From NCBI RefSeq assembly GCF_004010195.1, contig NC_057710.1:138008075-138072074 (forward strand): a stretch of 64,000 nucleotides of DNA, read 5' to 3'. Origin of the DNA: Chiloscyllium plagiosum (taxonomy: Eukaryota). Position numbers and translations under genes: made by a program. The notes below the pieces were generated by a model that saw only the letters and a program-made list of their open reading frames with translations, made no database searches and had not been told where the DNA came from. Below, in pieces: positions 10,556 to 23,066 of the stretch. Each line of letters opens with the position of its first letter. Position 1 is the first letter of the stretch.

Positions 10556-11620
10556 CAGAGTCATAGAGATGTATAGCACGGAAACAGACCTTCGGTCCAA
10601 CTCGTCCATGCCGACCAGATATCCCAACCCAATCTAGTCTCACCTGCTAGCACCCAGCCCATTTCCCTCCAAATCCTTCCTATTCATATGCCTTTTAAAT
10701 GTTGCAATTGTCCCAGCCTCCACTACTTCCTCTGGCAGCTCATTCCATACACGCACCACCCTCTGTGTGAAAACATTACCTTTTAGGTCTCTTACATATC
10801 TTTGCCCTCTAGTTCTGCACTTCCCCACTGCAGGGAAAATACCTTGTCTATTTACCCTATCCATGTCCCTCATGATTTTACAAACCCCTATAAGGTCACC
10901 CCTCAACCTCCAACGCTCCAGGGAAAACAGCACCAGCCTATTCAACCTCTCCCAATAGCTCAAATCCTCCAACCCTGGCAACATCCTTGTAAATCTTTTC
11001 TGAACCCTTTCAAGATTCACACCATCCTTCCGATAGGAATGAGACCAGAATTGCATGCAGTTTTCCAAAAGTGACCTAACCAATGTCCTGTGCAGCCACA
11101 TCATGACCTCCCAACTCCTGTAGTCAAAACTCTGACCAATAAACGAAAGCATACCAAATGCCTTCTTCACTATCCTATCTACTTGTGACTCCACTTTCAA
11201 GGAGCTATGAACCTGCACTCCAAGGTCTCTTTGTTCAGCGACACTCCCTAGGACCTTACCATTTAGTGTATAAGTCCAACTCAGGCTTGCTTTCCAAAAA
11301 TACAACACCTCACATTTATCTAAATTAAACTCCATCTGCCGCTCATTGGTTCATCTGATCAAGATCCCATTGTAATTCAAGGTAACCTTTTTCACTATCC
11401 TCTACACTTCCAATTTTGGTGTAACCTGCAAACTTATTAACTAAACCTGTTAAGTTCACATCTTTTTGTCATTTATATAAATTATGTAGCAGTGGACCCA
11501 GCACTGATCCTTGTGGCACTCCACTGGTCACATGCCTCCAGTCTGAGAAACAGCTCTCCACCACCACCCTTTGTCTTCTACCTTTGAGCCAGTTCTGTAT
11601 CCAAATGGCTAGTTCTTGTC
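10556..11620 (-). mobile_element. 5'-truncated CR1 (RT C-terminal region and 3' UTR)
   Basis: ORF 10640-11335 MEFNLDKCEVLYF...QRDLGVQVHSSLK...FTQRVVRVWNELP; (CTCTATGA)n tail. Confidence 0.93.
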
Positions 11621-12639
11621 GCAATTTTACATGTCATTTCGCACTAACAAACCTAGATCTAGTCCATCTGTCACCACTAACAATAATTGCAATTAAACAA
11701 CATTTTAATCCACCAGATTTTTTTTTTGTTTTGTTATTCTTCATGACATGGAATGTTTTAAAGCAAAACACACTGTAAATTACTGGACAGGTCAGCAGGC
11801 ATCTATAGAGAGAGAAACAGAGTTAATGTTTCAGGTTGATGACTATTCATCGGAATTAGCAAAAGTTAGAGATGTTTAAGGTTTTAAACAAATGAAAGAA
11901 TAGGTTAAAGAACAGAGGGGCAAGAGAGGTTAAGTATCAAAAGGGTCGCGAGGCTGAAGAAAGTGTTCATGGAACAAGTGAAAGAAGAAAAGATCTCAAG
12001 ATGACATCTAAATGACAAACTTCTTACAGAGTGTGAAAGGCTTCAAAATATCTGGGAGACGGTGCTTCTTCTGAGCCACAGTCCGCAGTCAAAGCTGTGA
12101 AATAGAGGCAGGTTGGCACCTGATGTTAGGAGACATTTACATTTGTCAAACTCTGTGGAAAACTTGTACGATTTTCATTTACTTTGCACCTTAACAGTAT
12201 ACAAAAAGCTTTATCCTTACTTATCTGTGATGGATTTCAAGGTCTGATCTCTTCATGCTTAATATTTTTTAAAAATGTCAATTTTTAATGTAGTTTTTGA
12301 TTCTAGTATCTTTAGGAATGTGGCATTCCTCTCATTAATGTAGTCAACAGCATTGCGGCTTTTCCTCTGACAATTAGCAATTTGAGATATGTGAACTATT
12401 AGCTGCAAATTAAAAAGAAATGCTAATACTATTGGATTTAGTTTAATTTCAGTACTTCCTTATAATGTATAACAAATAATTCTCGCTTCTAAATTTTTCC
12501 AATTAAGTATTATATTAAACCAGTGTTACTAAACAGCTATCTAAATTATGAATAACATGGAGAGTATTTTCTTAATAATGAGGAGTATAAAATATGTCAA
12601 TAATTGTCAAAGCTTAACATTCTATTCTTCAACAGAAAT

Positions 12640-13220
12640 TAAGCAGTGTATAAGTAAGAACGGAATGCATTTTCATAGCTTGCCCCAATTTTCTCCTGAC
12701 TCTTAATATTCCATTTCTTTCTGAGCTGAGACACAAAACTTCATATCCGACGCAGCTGCATAACCACCAACCTTCGCTTCAAATATTTTTGTCATCTCTA
12801 CTCTTTATCTCTTTATCCACTGCAACTGAAAATCATCATTCACGTCTTTACTTTTTCAACACTTTGTTCATCGTTTCCTGGAATCCACCATAAACTTCAA
12901 CACATCCTTAAAATTGCAGCATATCCACCATCCTTCTTAAAGCCCCATACATCTACTACGCTGGTTCTTGTCAACCTTTATTACCACCCTGTTGCTCTGG
13001 AACGTTAACTTCAAAATTCTTGTCTATAAAATCTTTGTTCCTTCTGTTATGCCAACTCAGGTCTGCTGTGCATTTCATTTCCCCTGTTCTTTCATTGATG
13101 GTAGTCACTCAATATACCCAACACATTGGAATTTACCTTACCTAAAGCAACCTGCTTTGCGACATTTCTTCACACTTTTCAAAGTCTGTTTAGATCCAGC
13201 ATCTTCACGTATTCTTGAAA
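12640..13220 (+). mobile_element. Highly degenerate L2-like LINE 3' region
   Basis: Remnants of HKLQHI..IAA and NFKILVYK, typical of the L2 ORF2 C-terminus. Confidence 0.5.
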
Positions 13221-13435
13221 AACCTCCAGTAACTCCTCCTTGTCCTGTCCAATTTTAAATCTTTTGGTGCTGCATTCTGCACTTTTCCCACCCAGAGCTA
13301 TCACACTTGAATCATCTTATTTTTGAGACAGCTGACACCTAAAAGTTTAGTTCCCCTCCAAAACTGCAGGAAAAGCTCACACAATGTTTGCTATTTTAAG
13401 TGTTAAAATGGGGAACATTGCTTAGTTGTTTAATT

Positions 13436-13670
13436 TCACCTCCATCCCCACCCCATTCACCTATTGTATTCTTTGCGACCTTCACCCCAGCCCCACCCCC
13501 CTATTTATCTCTCCATCCTGGAGGCTTCCTGCCTCTATTCCTGATGAAGGGCTTTTGCCCGAAACATCGATTTTCCTGCTCCTCGGATGCTGCCTGACCT
13601 GCTGTGCTTTTCCAGCACCACTCTGATCTAAACTTTGGTTTCCAGCATCTGCAGTCCTCACTTTTGCCTA
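13436..13670 (+). mobile_element. Penelope-like 3' terminal fragment (family A) with hammerhead motif and upstream pyrimidine-rich segment
   Basis: ctgatga-a-gggc-tttt-gccc-gaaa-catc at 13541-13568; downstream part ~85-90% similar by eye to 8581-8679. Confidence 0.75.
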
Positions 13671-14126
13671 GCTTGAAGAATAAACCATAGAACAAATTAC
13701 AGGGGTGTTAGTCTCAACTTTTCAATGTTGTGCCAAATGTATGGACTAATTACAGCTTCAATCTAAGGAGTAGGAGTAAACCACATACATTTTTGAGTCT
13801 CTTCTAACATTCAGTATGATTATGGCTCATGTTTGACATAAATTACTTTTTCCCACTTCCTCCAATGCCTTAATTCCCTGAGAGACCAAAAACCATAAGC
13901 ATCTTTGTTATTCCAAGTGCTACTGTACTTGATGTCTGCTATCTGCTTTCCTGTTGATTGACCATGGGCCTCTATTTTTATCAGAATATCACAAGAGTGT
14001 AAAGGAACTGTAAAGATTAGGAATTGATCATTTGGAAAGTTAAGATGTACAAAACTGTAATTCAGGACAGCAAGCTGGGAAGTTACATATAAGTTGGGTT
14101 TTCCTTTCTCAGCTATTTGAAACTGC

Positions 14127-14196
14127 GGTGTGGACTTGTTGGGCCGAAGGGCCTGTTTCCACACTAAGTGATCTAATCTAATCTAATCTAAAAAAT
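14127..14196 (+). mobile_element. 70-bp 3' tail of an HE1 SINE flanked by a perfect 71-bp direct repeat
   Basis: ggtgtggacttgttgggccgaagggcctgtttccacac plus (ATCTA)n; 14056-14126 identical to 14197-14267. Confidence 0.9.
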
Positions 14197-15491
14197 TGTA
14201 ATTCAGGACAGCAAGCTGGGAAGTTACATATAAGTTGGGTTTTCCTTTCTCAGCTATTTGAAACTGCTGAATGCTCTTGTACTTGAGCAACTTCATGTTT
14301 TAATTGACTTATGGAATGTGGGCTTTGTTGGCTGGCCGGCATTTATTGCCCATCCTTAGTTGCCCTTGAGAAGGTGGTGCTGAGCTGCCTTCTTGAAACA
14401 CTACAGTCTCATGCTGGAGGTAGACTCATGATACTCTTAGGGAGGAAATTCCTTATGTGAAAGTGAATCTTGCTGCTGTTTTATATTTCTCCTGACATTT
14501 ATTTTCCCTTTTTTTATTGAAAAGAAATGGATGTAAAAATTACAACCAATGTAAAATAGTTTGCCTATTCACGATTACTCTTTTACAGTATCAAGTCAAA
14601 TGTGTGCCCAATCTCTTTCAAAATAATCACATTGACAACTTCACTTAATTAATTGTGTTTTCACATCCCTAACTATGACCTCTATACAGCTTATTTCATT
14701 CCTCTGAACTCTTCAAAAACTCTACTCACCACTATTTCACTCTTTGCTATGATATTTCTTTCCACATATACCTCAATCATTCAACTCCGATTGTCTCTTG
14801 TTTCTCATTTGTATGCCACAAGAAAGCCAGTGGAATGCTGTCCTTATATCTAGAGAACTGGAGTACAAGAGAGCAGAAAGTATGTTGCAGTTATACAAAA
14901 TCCTGGCTTGCCTCCCTCTGGAGCCCCTGAGCAGATCTAGACACCATGACGTCGAAAGGATGCATTGGTCCTTTGTAATGTCTTTGAGCATCCAAGCTGT
15001 TGCTCATGCAATTAAATTGAGTTACTCGGCCTAAACTTGGGAAGGTTAAAAATACTTGCAAGGTGGTAATCCTCAAATCACGTTACTTTTTAATCTAGAA
15101 ATGTGAAGGATATTCTGTAATAAAGGGAAATAAAATCCTCCATGCCCACAATTATGTTATAGTAGTGAAAAGAGTTTTGAACAAAACATTATAATTGTGG
15201 ATGAATTTTTACATAATTATAAAATATTAGATATGGTGTATTTCTGGCAAAGAGATAATTGTTTAAAATCACATTGAAAGTTGAAACAAATGTCTTTAGA
15301 AAAACAGGTAATGAATATTGAATTAACTATGATTTCTCGCTCAATCCATGGTTAGTTAAGTTTTAATCCAAAATTAAGGTAAGGTGACACTTATTCTTCT
15401 AGATTAAAGTAGTCAAATTAAAGCTCAAGCACCATTAAGTTTCATTGCAGTCAAACATTATCATTTGGTTACAAAAGTAATTGATCATGTA

Positions 15492-15710
15492 CAGGTAGTT
15501 CATCTACAACACAATGGTTGTATTCTTGTGCAGCCCCACATTATAGAAAAATTATGCTTTAGAAACAGTGCTTAAAGTGTTGGTAATGTAATCATGTTAC
15601 AACCAACACATGTTTTAAAAGGATGCACTTTAGAAACAGTGTTCCTAATCAATCAATCGCATTACAGCGAATTTGCGTTAACGAAACATGTGTTCTAGCA
15701 GAACGACCTG
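15492..15710. mobile_element. Tc1/mariner (Tigger/pogo-type) MITE
   Basis: TIRs caggtagttcatctacaacaca / caggtcgttctgctagaacaca (18/22) with TA on both sides. Confidence 0.8.
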
Positions 15711-16325
15711 TATTCTGAGCTGGAATTTCTTACAGAAATATCAAATCCTCTTTATGTTCACCTAATTCCTCCCCATTTTCTTCATCTTCATCCAGTTTTA
15801 GAAAATAGTGCTGGATGAAAATCTCAATTACCTTTTTTAAGATAAAACCATACGGTAACCAGGGAGGATGTAATATCTTTGAACTTTCAACCTTTATTCC
15901 AACAACTTGTATTTATGTAGTCCATTTAATGCAACAAGAAGTCCTGACCAGTGATTCCTACCCAGTGCTTTGATGAAAGCATACCGTAACCTGCTAATAG
16001 CACATCAGAAATTTTTTTGAACCTTGCACATTTTAACTAAAGCAAAACTATATCTGTTGATAATTTTGCTTTAGTGCCAGTCATGATTGAATGGGAGAGC
16101 AGACTCAATGGGCTGAATGACTAATTTCTGCTCCTATGTCTTATGGTCTAAATTTGCAAAATCTCTTGTGTGATTGTAAGCCATGATGAGTGACTTTCTG
16201 TCTAAATTGAGTTTGAGCCATCCTGTTGTATGAATAAAACCAAGTTCCTTCCAACTGATTGATTCTGTACCATTTTATAAAACTGTTAAGTCAGAGTTTC
16301 TTTCCTGTTCTAGGTCAGCTAAAGT

Positions 16326-16483
16326 ATGGCAGCTGAAGTACTGGGAAACCACAGCTGCCATCTCTTACAGCAGCTTCATGAGCAGCGTATCCAAGGCTTC
16401 CTGTGTGACTGCATGTTAGTGGTGAAGGGTGTCTGCTTTAAGGCTCATAAGAACGTGCTGGCTGCATTCAGCCAGTACTTTAG
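16326..16483 (+). CDS. ZBTB49: ZBTB49 coding exon 1, BTB N-terminal half ([53 protein letters not shown]); exon starts at 16314
   Basis: ttctag acceptor, AG|gtaggt donor; near-identical to the recalled human ZBTB49 N-terminus; absent from the ORF track because it is short. Confidence 0.97.
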
Positions 16484-17482
16484 GTAGGTATGAACTATGT
16501 ATGACGTGTAATTTGAATTCTGTGCTGGAATTAGACTAGGGCTGAAAGTCTATATTTTCATCTCAACCAGTCTTTGCTAATAGTCATGTCCACCCATAGC
16601 ATTGTTTATGTGCATATAATACGTTATTAATCTTACATATAGCAACAACTTCCTCTAAGTGCTATAGGTGCTCCTTACAAAATTTTCCCCACCTCACAAC
16701 ACCTAATTGCACTGTTTGAGCTGCCCATGAGCTTTGATTGGATTGTTGAAAGAGAAACCTTTACTTTATTGTGCATGTTTCAAACTTTTCTTATTTAACT
16801 TTGTTCTATAACACTACAATTCACTTTAACACTATAATTCACATTACAGTGTGCCAGAACCCACCTAATATTGCTTGGACCCTCAGCTATTCGTAATTAC
16901 TTCAGACATTTGAAGTCAATCTGTTTGCATTTTAGTTCCAAATTATATTTAACGCACCACACATTTTTAGTTTAGAAGCTGTTGGGAAGGCTATTGTTGT
17001 TTAAATAATCTAGAAATCGTTAATTAAATTTTACATGTACATTTTCAAGTGCTTTAAATGTACTTTTAAAGTACTTGAAAGTACATTTTGACTTTGATGG
17101 TAATTATCTCTGTCAGTCCACCACCCTCCTTCACTCCTGTCCTGAGAAATCCATTCCCAATTGGTCACAGTTATCAGATGAAGCCATTGGATTGTTAATC
17201 TAACTGTTTCCCCAGCCAAGAACTTAGTTAACACTGGTGGTAAATCATCTCCAAAGACATCCAGGGAGTAGAGTTTTATCATCCAGTTATAATTATTAGT
17301 TGACAAAAATATTCTTGCTGAGAACTACCTTGAATGCCTTTAATGTATTCTTAAATTGCTTTACTGTAACTACATTTACTGAGTGAACTGAAAGTGTCAA
17401 GTTTCACATTTTCACTACTGCAGAAAATGCTGTGGCTGTTTAGGGTCGAATACTTTGGCTCGTTTTTAGTAAAACTATTTGA

Positions 17483-17802
17483 GGGGCGGCATGATGGCTC
17501 AGCGGTTAGCACTGCTGACTCACAGTGTCAGGGATCCGGGTTCAATTCCAGCGCAAACCTTGTGTCTGAATGGGTTTCCTCTGGTTGCTCCAGTTTCCTC
17601 CCACAATCCAAAGATGTGCAGGTTAGGTGAATTGGCCATGCTAAATTGTCCATAGTGTTCAGGGATGTGTAGGTTAGGTGCATTAGTAAGGGGTAAATAT
17701 AGGATAATAGTGTAGGGGAATGGATCTGGATGGGTTACTCTTTGGAGGTTCGGTGTGACCTTGTTGGGCCAAAGGGTCTGTTTCAACACTGTAGGGATTC
17801 TA
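17483..17802 (+). mobile_element. HE1-type SINE with internal deletion
   Basis: tRNA-like A box tggctcagcggttag and B box gggttcaattcc; HE1 body and tail. Confidence 0.88.
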
Positions 17803-17891
17803 TCACTGTATGATCTATGGTGAGTAACATCGAGTTGCAAGTTTGTCTTTTCAACTTGAAGTAATTTTGTGTTCTGTCTCTAATCTTTCAG

Positions 17892-19075
17892 GACCTTATT
17901 TCAAAATTCTTCAGGCCAGAGTCGTGATGTCTTCCATTTGGATATTAAAAATATTGGTGGTATTGGCCAGATTCTGGATTTTATGTATACTTCGCACCTT
18001 GATCTAAGCCATGAAAATGTCCAGGCGGTGTTGGACATTGCTCAGTGTTTGCAAGTACCAAATGTACTCAGTCTATGCTATACTTTCCTAAAGGCTTCAG
18101 CAAATGTCATTGGTGATAGCAGCAACTTGTCAGCTGTTGGCAGTATTTCGCTGCATGGGGCCCTGACAACCAACACAGAGGATATGCTGGAGAATACGGA
18201 TGGTACTGAGATAAACCATGACTGCTCATTTGGGATACAGACTCATATCCATAAACCTCAAGAGCTGGGGCTTTTATTTAGACCACTGCCAGAGATTTCT
18301 CAAGCTGAAATATCAGCAACTTTGCAGAATCAAAATCCTGGACTCCCAGACAGGACTTCTTCAGATTATCCAATGAGGCAAAATGCTCAACAGCCTTCTA
18401 AATTGTACAACTGTTATGGAAAAGAAATGTTCAAACAAAATCTGTCACCTTTTTTCAATAGTAATCAAGGGGAGCAAAGAAGAATGGACCTCGACAATGG
18501 TATAAGTACAGCAGTAACCACGAAGGATGTATCTTCCCTTGAGCCTACTGAATGCAACAGTGCTGCTCAGGAGCAGTCCTCATCAGGCATGACGATGCAC
18601 ACAGAAGAAAGATGGTCCTTTAGTCAGAGTGTGGGGGACATTGAAACTCAACCAATGAGACAATTGCTTCACGTGAAAAAGAAAGTCCCTCTGAAGAAGT
18701 ATGATTATTTGTGGCCCAAGAAACTGCTCGAGGCACCTTCTGTGCTCCCTAAAGTGAATGAAATATCCGAAGCTGAGAAAGTAAATGGACACAGTTCAAG
18801 GGAGCTCCCCAAAGAGAACTTAGGACAAGGCAATTGTGCTGGGGAGAAGGATCAGGAACAAGTAAAACTGACTGACTCACCTTTGAGAGAAAGTGATCTA
18901 GGACCGGTTGACCATGGAGCTACTGGAGATTCTGAGGAAGTTCTTGATCAGTCTTTAAATAACTCAAATGTTCAGTCTCAGTTTTGTCAGTCACAGAAGC
19001 AATATTGTTGTGAACTATGTGGAAAAACTTTTAAACACCCGAGCAATCTTGAACTACACAGACGTTCCCATACAG
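17892..19075 (+). CDS. ZBTB49: ZBTB49 coding exon 2: rest of BTB, long low-complexity linker, zinc finger 1
   Basis: tttcag acceptor, 1184 bp phase 2-1; DVFHLDIKNIGGIGQILDFMYTSHLDL ... YCCELCGKTFKHPSNLELHRRSHT. Confidence 0.96.
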
Positions 19076-19339
19076 GTATAGTAAGTGTTGGGAATACTCC
19101 ATTTTGGTCTTTATGCTTGACTTGCTATTTATTTGCTAAAGGCTAATTCTCCCCAACATATCACATCATTTCTTATGCAACCTTCCTTAGTGGACACTGT
19201 CTTCCCACTTTCTGCCACAGCTTTTCCAAGACATGGGTATGTGATACCAGGACCAGTTCAGATAGTGAAGTGGTAAATACTGTTTTACTGGGAGCTTGAA
19301 TACAGAAGGAGAAAGGTGTACTTTAGGACATGAAACACT

Positions 19340-20010
19340 TACATGCAGGTGACACAAAGATAGGTGGTGGGCAGGAAGTGTTGAGGAAGCAAGGAGGCTG
19401 CAGAAGGACTTGGACAGGCTAGTGGGCAATGAAGAAATGCAATGTGGAAAAGTGATGTTATGCATTTGGTTAGAAAGAATAGAAATGTAGACTATTTTCT
19501 AAATGGAGAAAGACTTTGGAAATCTGAAGCACAAATGGACTTGGGATTCCTGGTTCAGGATTGTCTTAAGGTTAACATGCAGGTTCACTTGGCAGTTAGA
19601 AAGGCAAATGCAATGTTAGCATTCATTTCAACAGAATACCAGAGCAAAGATGTACAGCTGAAGCTGTATAAGGATCTGGTTGGACTGCATTTGGGATTTT
19701 GTGAGCAGTTTTGGACCCTATATCTAAGAAAGGATCTATCTATCTATCTATTCCTCTGATCATATTGTATGTCTCTATCTATCTATTCCACTGATCATAT
19801 TGTATGTCTCTATCTATCTATTCTTCTGATCATATTATATGTTTCTATTAAATCCCCTCTTAGCCTTCTTCTCTCCATTGAGAACAGAACCAAGGCCCTC
19901 AGCCTTTCCTCATAAGACCTTCCCTCCAGACCAGGCAACATCCTGATAAATCTCCTCTGCATCTTTTCCAGTATGTCCACATCCTTCCCGTAATGGGGTG
20001 ACCAGGACTG
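19340..20010. mobile_element. Two opposed CR1 fragments (plus 19340-19735, minus 19811-20010) joined by a 35-bp tandem triplication
   Basis: ORF 19442-19759 is CR1 RT C-terminal; minus part matches 42121-42330. Confidence 0.8.
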
Positions 20011-20082
20011 TATATAATAAATGTATGTAATGATATGTATGCAATATTCATAAATTAATTTTGAAGTGGAGTCATGGTTAGG

Positions 20083-20636
20083 CTACTTTTGGAATATGAT
20101 GTGCAGTTCTGGTCTCCCTCGTATTAGAAGGATGTTGTGAAACTTGAAAGGGTTCAGAAAAGATTTACAAGGATGTTGCCAGAGTTGGAGGATTTGAGCT
20201 ATAGGGAGAGGCTGAATAACCTGGGGCTGTTTTCCTTGGAACGTCGGAGGCCGAGGGGTAACCTTATCAAAGTATGTAAAATCATGAGGGGCGTGGATAG
20301 GATAAATAGACAAGGTCTTTTCACTGTGGTGGGGGAGTTCAGAACTAGAGGGCATAGGTTTAAAGTAAGAGGAGAAAGATTTAAAAGGGACCAAAGGGAC
20401 ATAATTTTCACACAGTGGGTGGTGTGTGTATGGAATGGGCTGCCAGAGAAAGTGGTGGAGGCTCATACAATTAGAACATTTAAAAGGCATCTAGATGGGT
20501 ATATGAATGGAAATGGTTTAGAGAGATATGGGCCAAGTACTGGCAAATGGGACCAGATTAGGTTCGGATATCTGGTCAGCATGGACGGGTTGGACTGAAG
20601 GGTCTGTTTCTGTGCTGTACGTCTCTATAACTCTAT
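20083..20636 (+). mobile_element. 5'-truncated CR1
   Basis: KLERVQKRFTRMLPELEDLSYRERL...WNGLPEKVVEA; 3' tail ctctataactcta. Confidence 0.92.
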
Positions 20637-21411
20637 TGGCAAAGTGGTCAAACACAAATGCAACTGCTTAGAAAATTTACTCCTTAGGGCTAAAGAAAAT
20701 TCACTTACGTAGCACAACCACATTGATTTTTTTCTCAGCAACAAAACCACCACAGGCTGCTAACATCGTGGGTTGCTTCAATGCTATCATCTGCAAACAC
20801 TGGTTGAGCAGGTAGTGCCTGACAGCACTGGCTGTCCTGAGGATTTCATGTGGTTTGTGCAGCAGAGTTCTGAAACTCCACAACCTGAACCAATTTTCAG
20901 CCCATTTAGCTGACAGGGAAATTGTTTCAAGAGGACTGTTTCATCTACTTTAGATGAATCCATTTACCCCAAGTAAATCTTTCACACTTACATATGTAAA
21001 AAGAATATGGAAATATAATGAGTACAAACTATATGAAGATAGATTATTTTAATCTGCTCAATGTTGTAAAGATATTTTTAAGTAAAGCTACAGAAGAACA
21101 CCAATGTTCTGATTTGGTAGAATCCCAAGACCGCTATTAATTATGCGGTCAGTAACTTCATTGTGTTCAAACAGGTAAAAATGAGTAGAACGTACTCTAA
21201 CGTCACGGTTTCATTTGTAGGGAAGCTAGATAGTAGCCTTTATAATGATTAACTGAACTACAGACGTTGTGGTAGTGTACAGAACTGCTTGTGAATTCTG
21301 TATTTGCTTAATATTGTAGATAATCAGTACACATGTACAAAGAAGGTTGATGTCCACTAGGAATAATTTTGTCTATCTTCTTAATATATGTATTTCATTG
21401 TATTTCAACAG

Positions 21412-21458
21412 GAGAAAAACCGTTTGAATGCAACATCTGTGGGAAACACTTTTCACAG
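21412..21458 (+). CDS. ZBTB49: ZBTB49 coding exon 3 ((G)EKPFECNICGKHFSQ)
   Basis: aacag acceptor, CAG|gtaaaa donor, 47 bp phase 1-0. Confidence 0.95.
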
Positions 21459-21639
21459 GTAAAAGTTATTTCTGAAGTACATTCAGAGATATTCTAAACT
21501 TTTTGTTTGCTGTTTTAAAAAAAAATAGAATCGAAGCGTCCAAATATTAGCACCTTGTCAGTGGTGCTGGATTTGTTGGATTGATATCTTCTTGGATTTC
21601 AATAATTTAACCCAGTGACTTAACAATGGTGATCTCCAA

Positions 21640-22841
21640 GGGTAGGATTTCCCCAGGCCCTGAACAATGTGGGCAATAGTGAGAGAGTTGAGGAAAAAAC
21701 TGGCAATAATAAGAAACAGATTCTCAATGTTGAGAAAAGATTTGCTGATTTTTATTTCCCCCCTTGCTGTTTAGGCAGGAAGTTCTGAACCTTTCTAATG
21801 AGCAATGACTACCTTGTGTTTGCGTCTCATTAATAGCGAATGTCACTTAATTTCTGTGCAGCTCTCTATCCTTGCTTTCCTTCCCTCAGAAACCCAACAG
21901 CACAGATTCCTGACCGGTATGTTAAAGTAGTTACCTAGTGCCACAGCTCACAGCTTGCATCTCTGTGCCCACACTCAGCTGTGCCATTCCCCCACCATTT
22001 CCCCGCACGTTCCCTGGACACCATTCTCCTCCATCCATCCTTCACACAACCAAATCATTCACACAACCAGGCATTGTCGGACCACCAGCCTCACCACACA
22101 ACCATTCCTGCTTTCGAAACAACAGCCTGAAAGCTGATGGGCTTGACAGAGGTAGCAATGCAAAACGAAATGTGAAGCTTTGGGCTAATTCTGACTATTG
22201 GGCAGACCCTCACAAAAGCACAAGCATGCCACCTTTGACCAAACTTCCAACTGCTCAATAAGCAAGCAAAATGGATGCTAAAGCATTCACAGTGGATGGA
22301 GTAGGTTTATTTATTTGTCTGCAGGGATATTGTTCATGATGTGATGCTCTGCTTGGTGGCTGTCAGGCATCCATAGGTGCAGTGATATCATGCGTCTGCC
22401 TCTGCACTACATGTGCAGCCTAAACATTGACTGACAATGCACCCTACAAAGCTTGGCCTCAAAAGCTTGACCATTCCATTGCTTATAACAATTGAATCCT
22501 TGTCGTCTCTGAGAAACTGATGTGACCACAGGTCAACCACCTGTGTTTGCCGGTTCACAAACAGATGCCAGAGGTTTCATTGCTGCACAGGGCTACTATC
22601 CTTGCACACTGACCTGTACGTATGTCAGAACGTGGTCTGTTATAGACTGTGATGCTATAAGAGTTTTGCCCGTCCTGCTGCACAATCGCAGAAGCCAGAT
22701 ACCAGAGAGGTCAGTTGCATGACTAAGGAGCTGAAGAGCAAACAATTGTTTGATAAAAGTCAACATGAACCATGCTGGACCACTCACCATGAATCTCCCC
22801 ACAAATGACCATTTGCCAACAAAACTGGGAAAATTCAACCC
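21640..22841. mobile_element. Possible degenerate non-autonomous DNA transposon (PIF/Harbinger-like ends)
   Basis: Imperfect TIRs gggtaggatttcccc / gggttgaattttccc; 3-bp flanks caa / cat. Confidence 0.4.
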
Positions 22842-23066
22842 CATGTCTTTTGCTTGTACCCCTTCAATTTCCGCAGATAGACCAAATAAATATGAGATGA
22901 GACAAAGCTTGATGCAAGCTCTTTCTTACATAGTAAGATGAATAGTTAGAGCCATTGTTATGACTGGTATTCCCAGTTCAATTAATGCACTTTGCCTTTA
23001 TGTCCTGACATAAAATCAGCATCTCACTTCATAACATGTTTTAAACTGTTATGTTTATGAGCCTTA

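Noticed and set aside
17938-19146. 402-aa single-exon ORF as a stand-alone gene
   Set aside because: It is the large internal exon of ZBTB49 (true limits 17892-19075); the ORF-track start is a TTG within the BTB domain.
19741-19845. CRISPR-like 35-bp repeats
   Set aside because: The units are directly adjacent with no spacers, are LINE-derived and are in a vertebrate genome.
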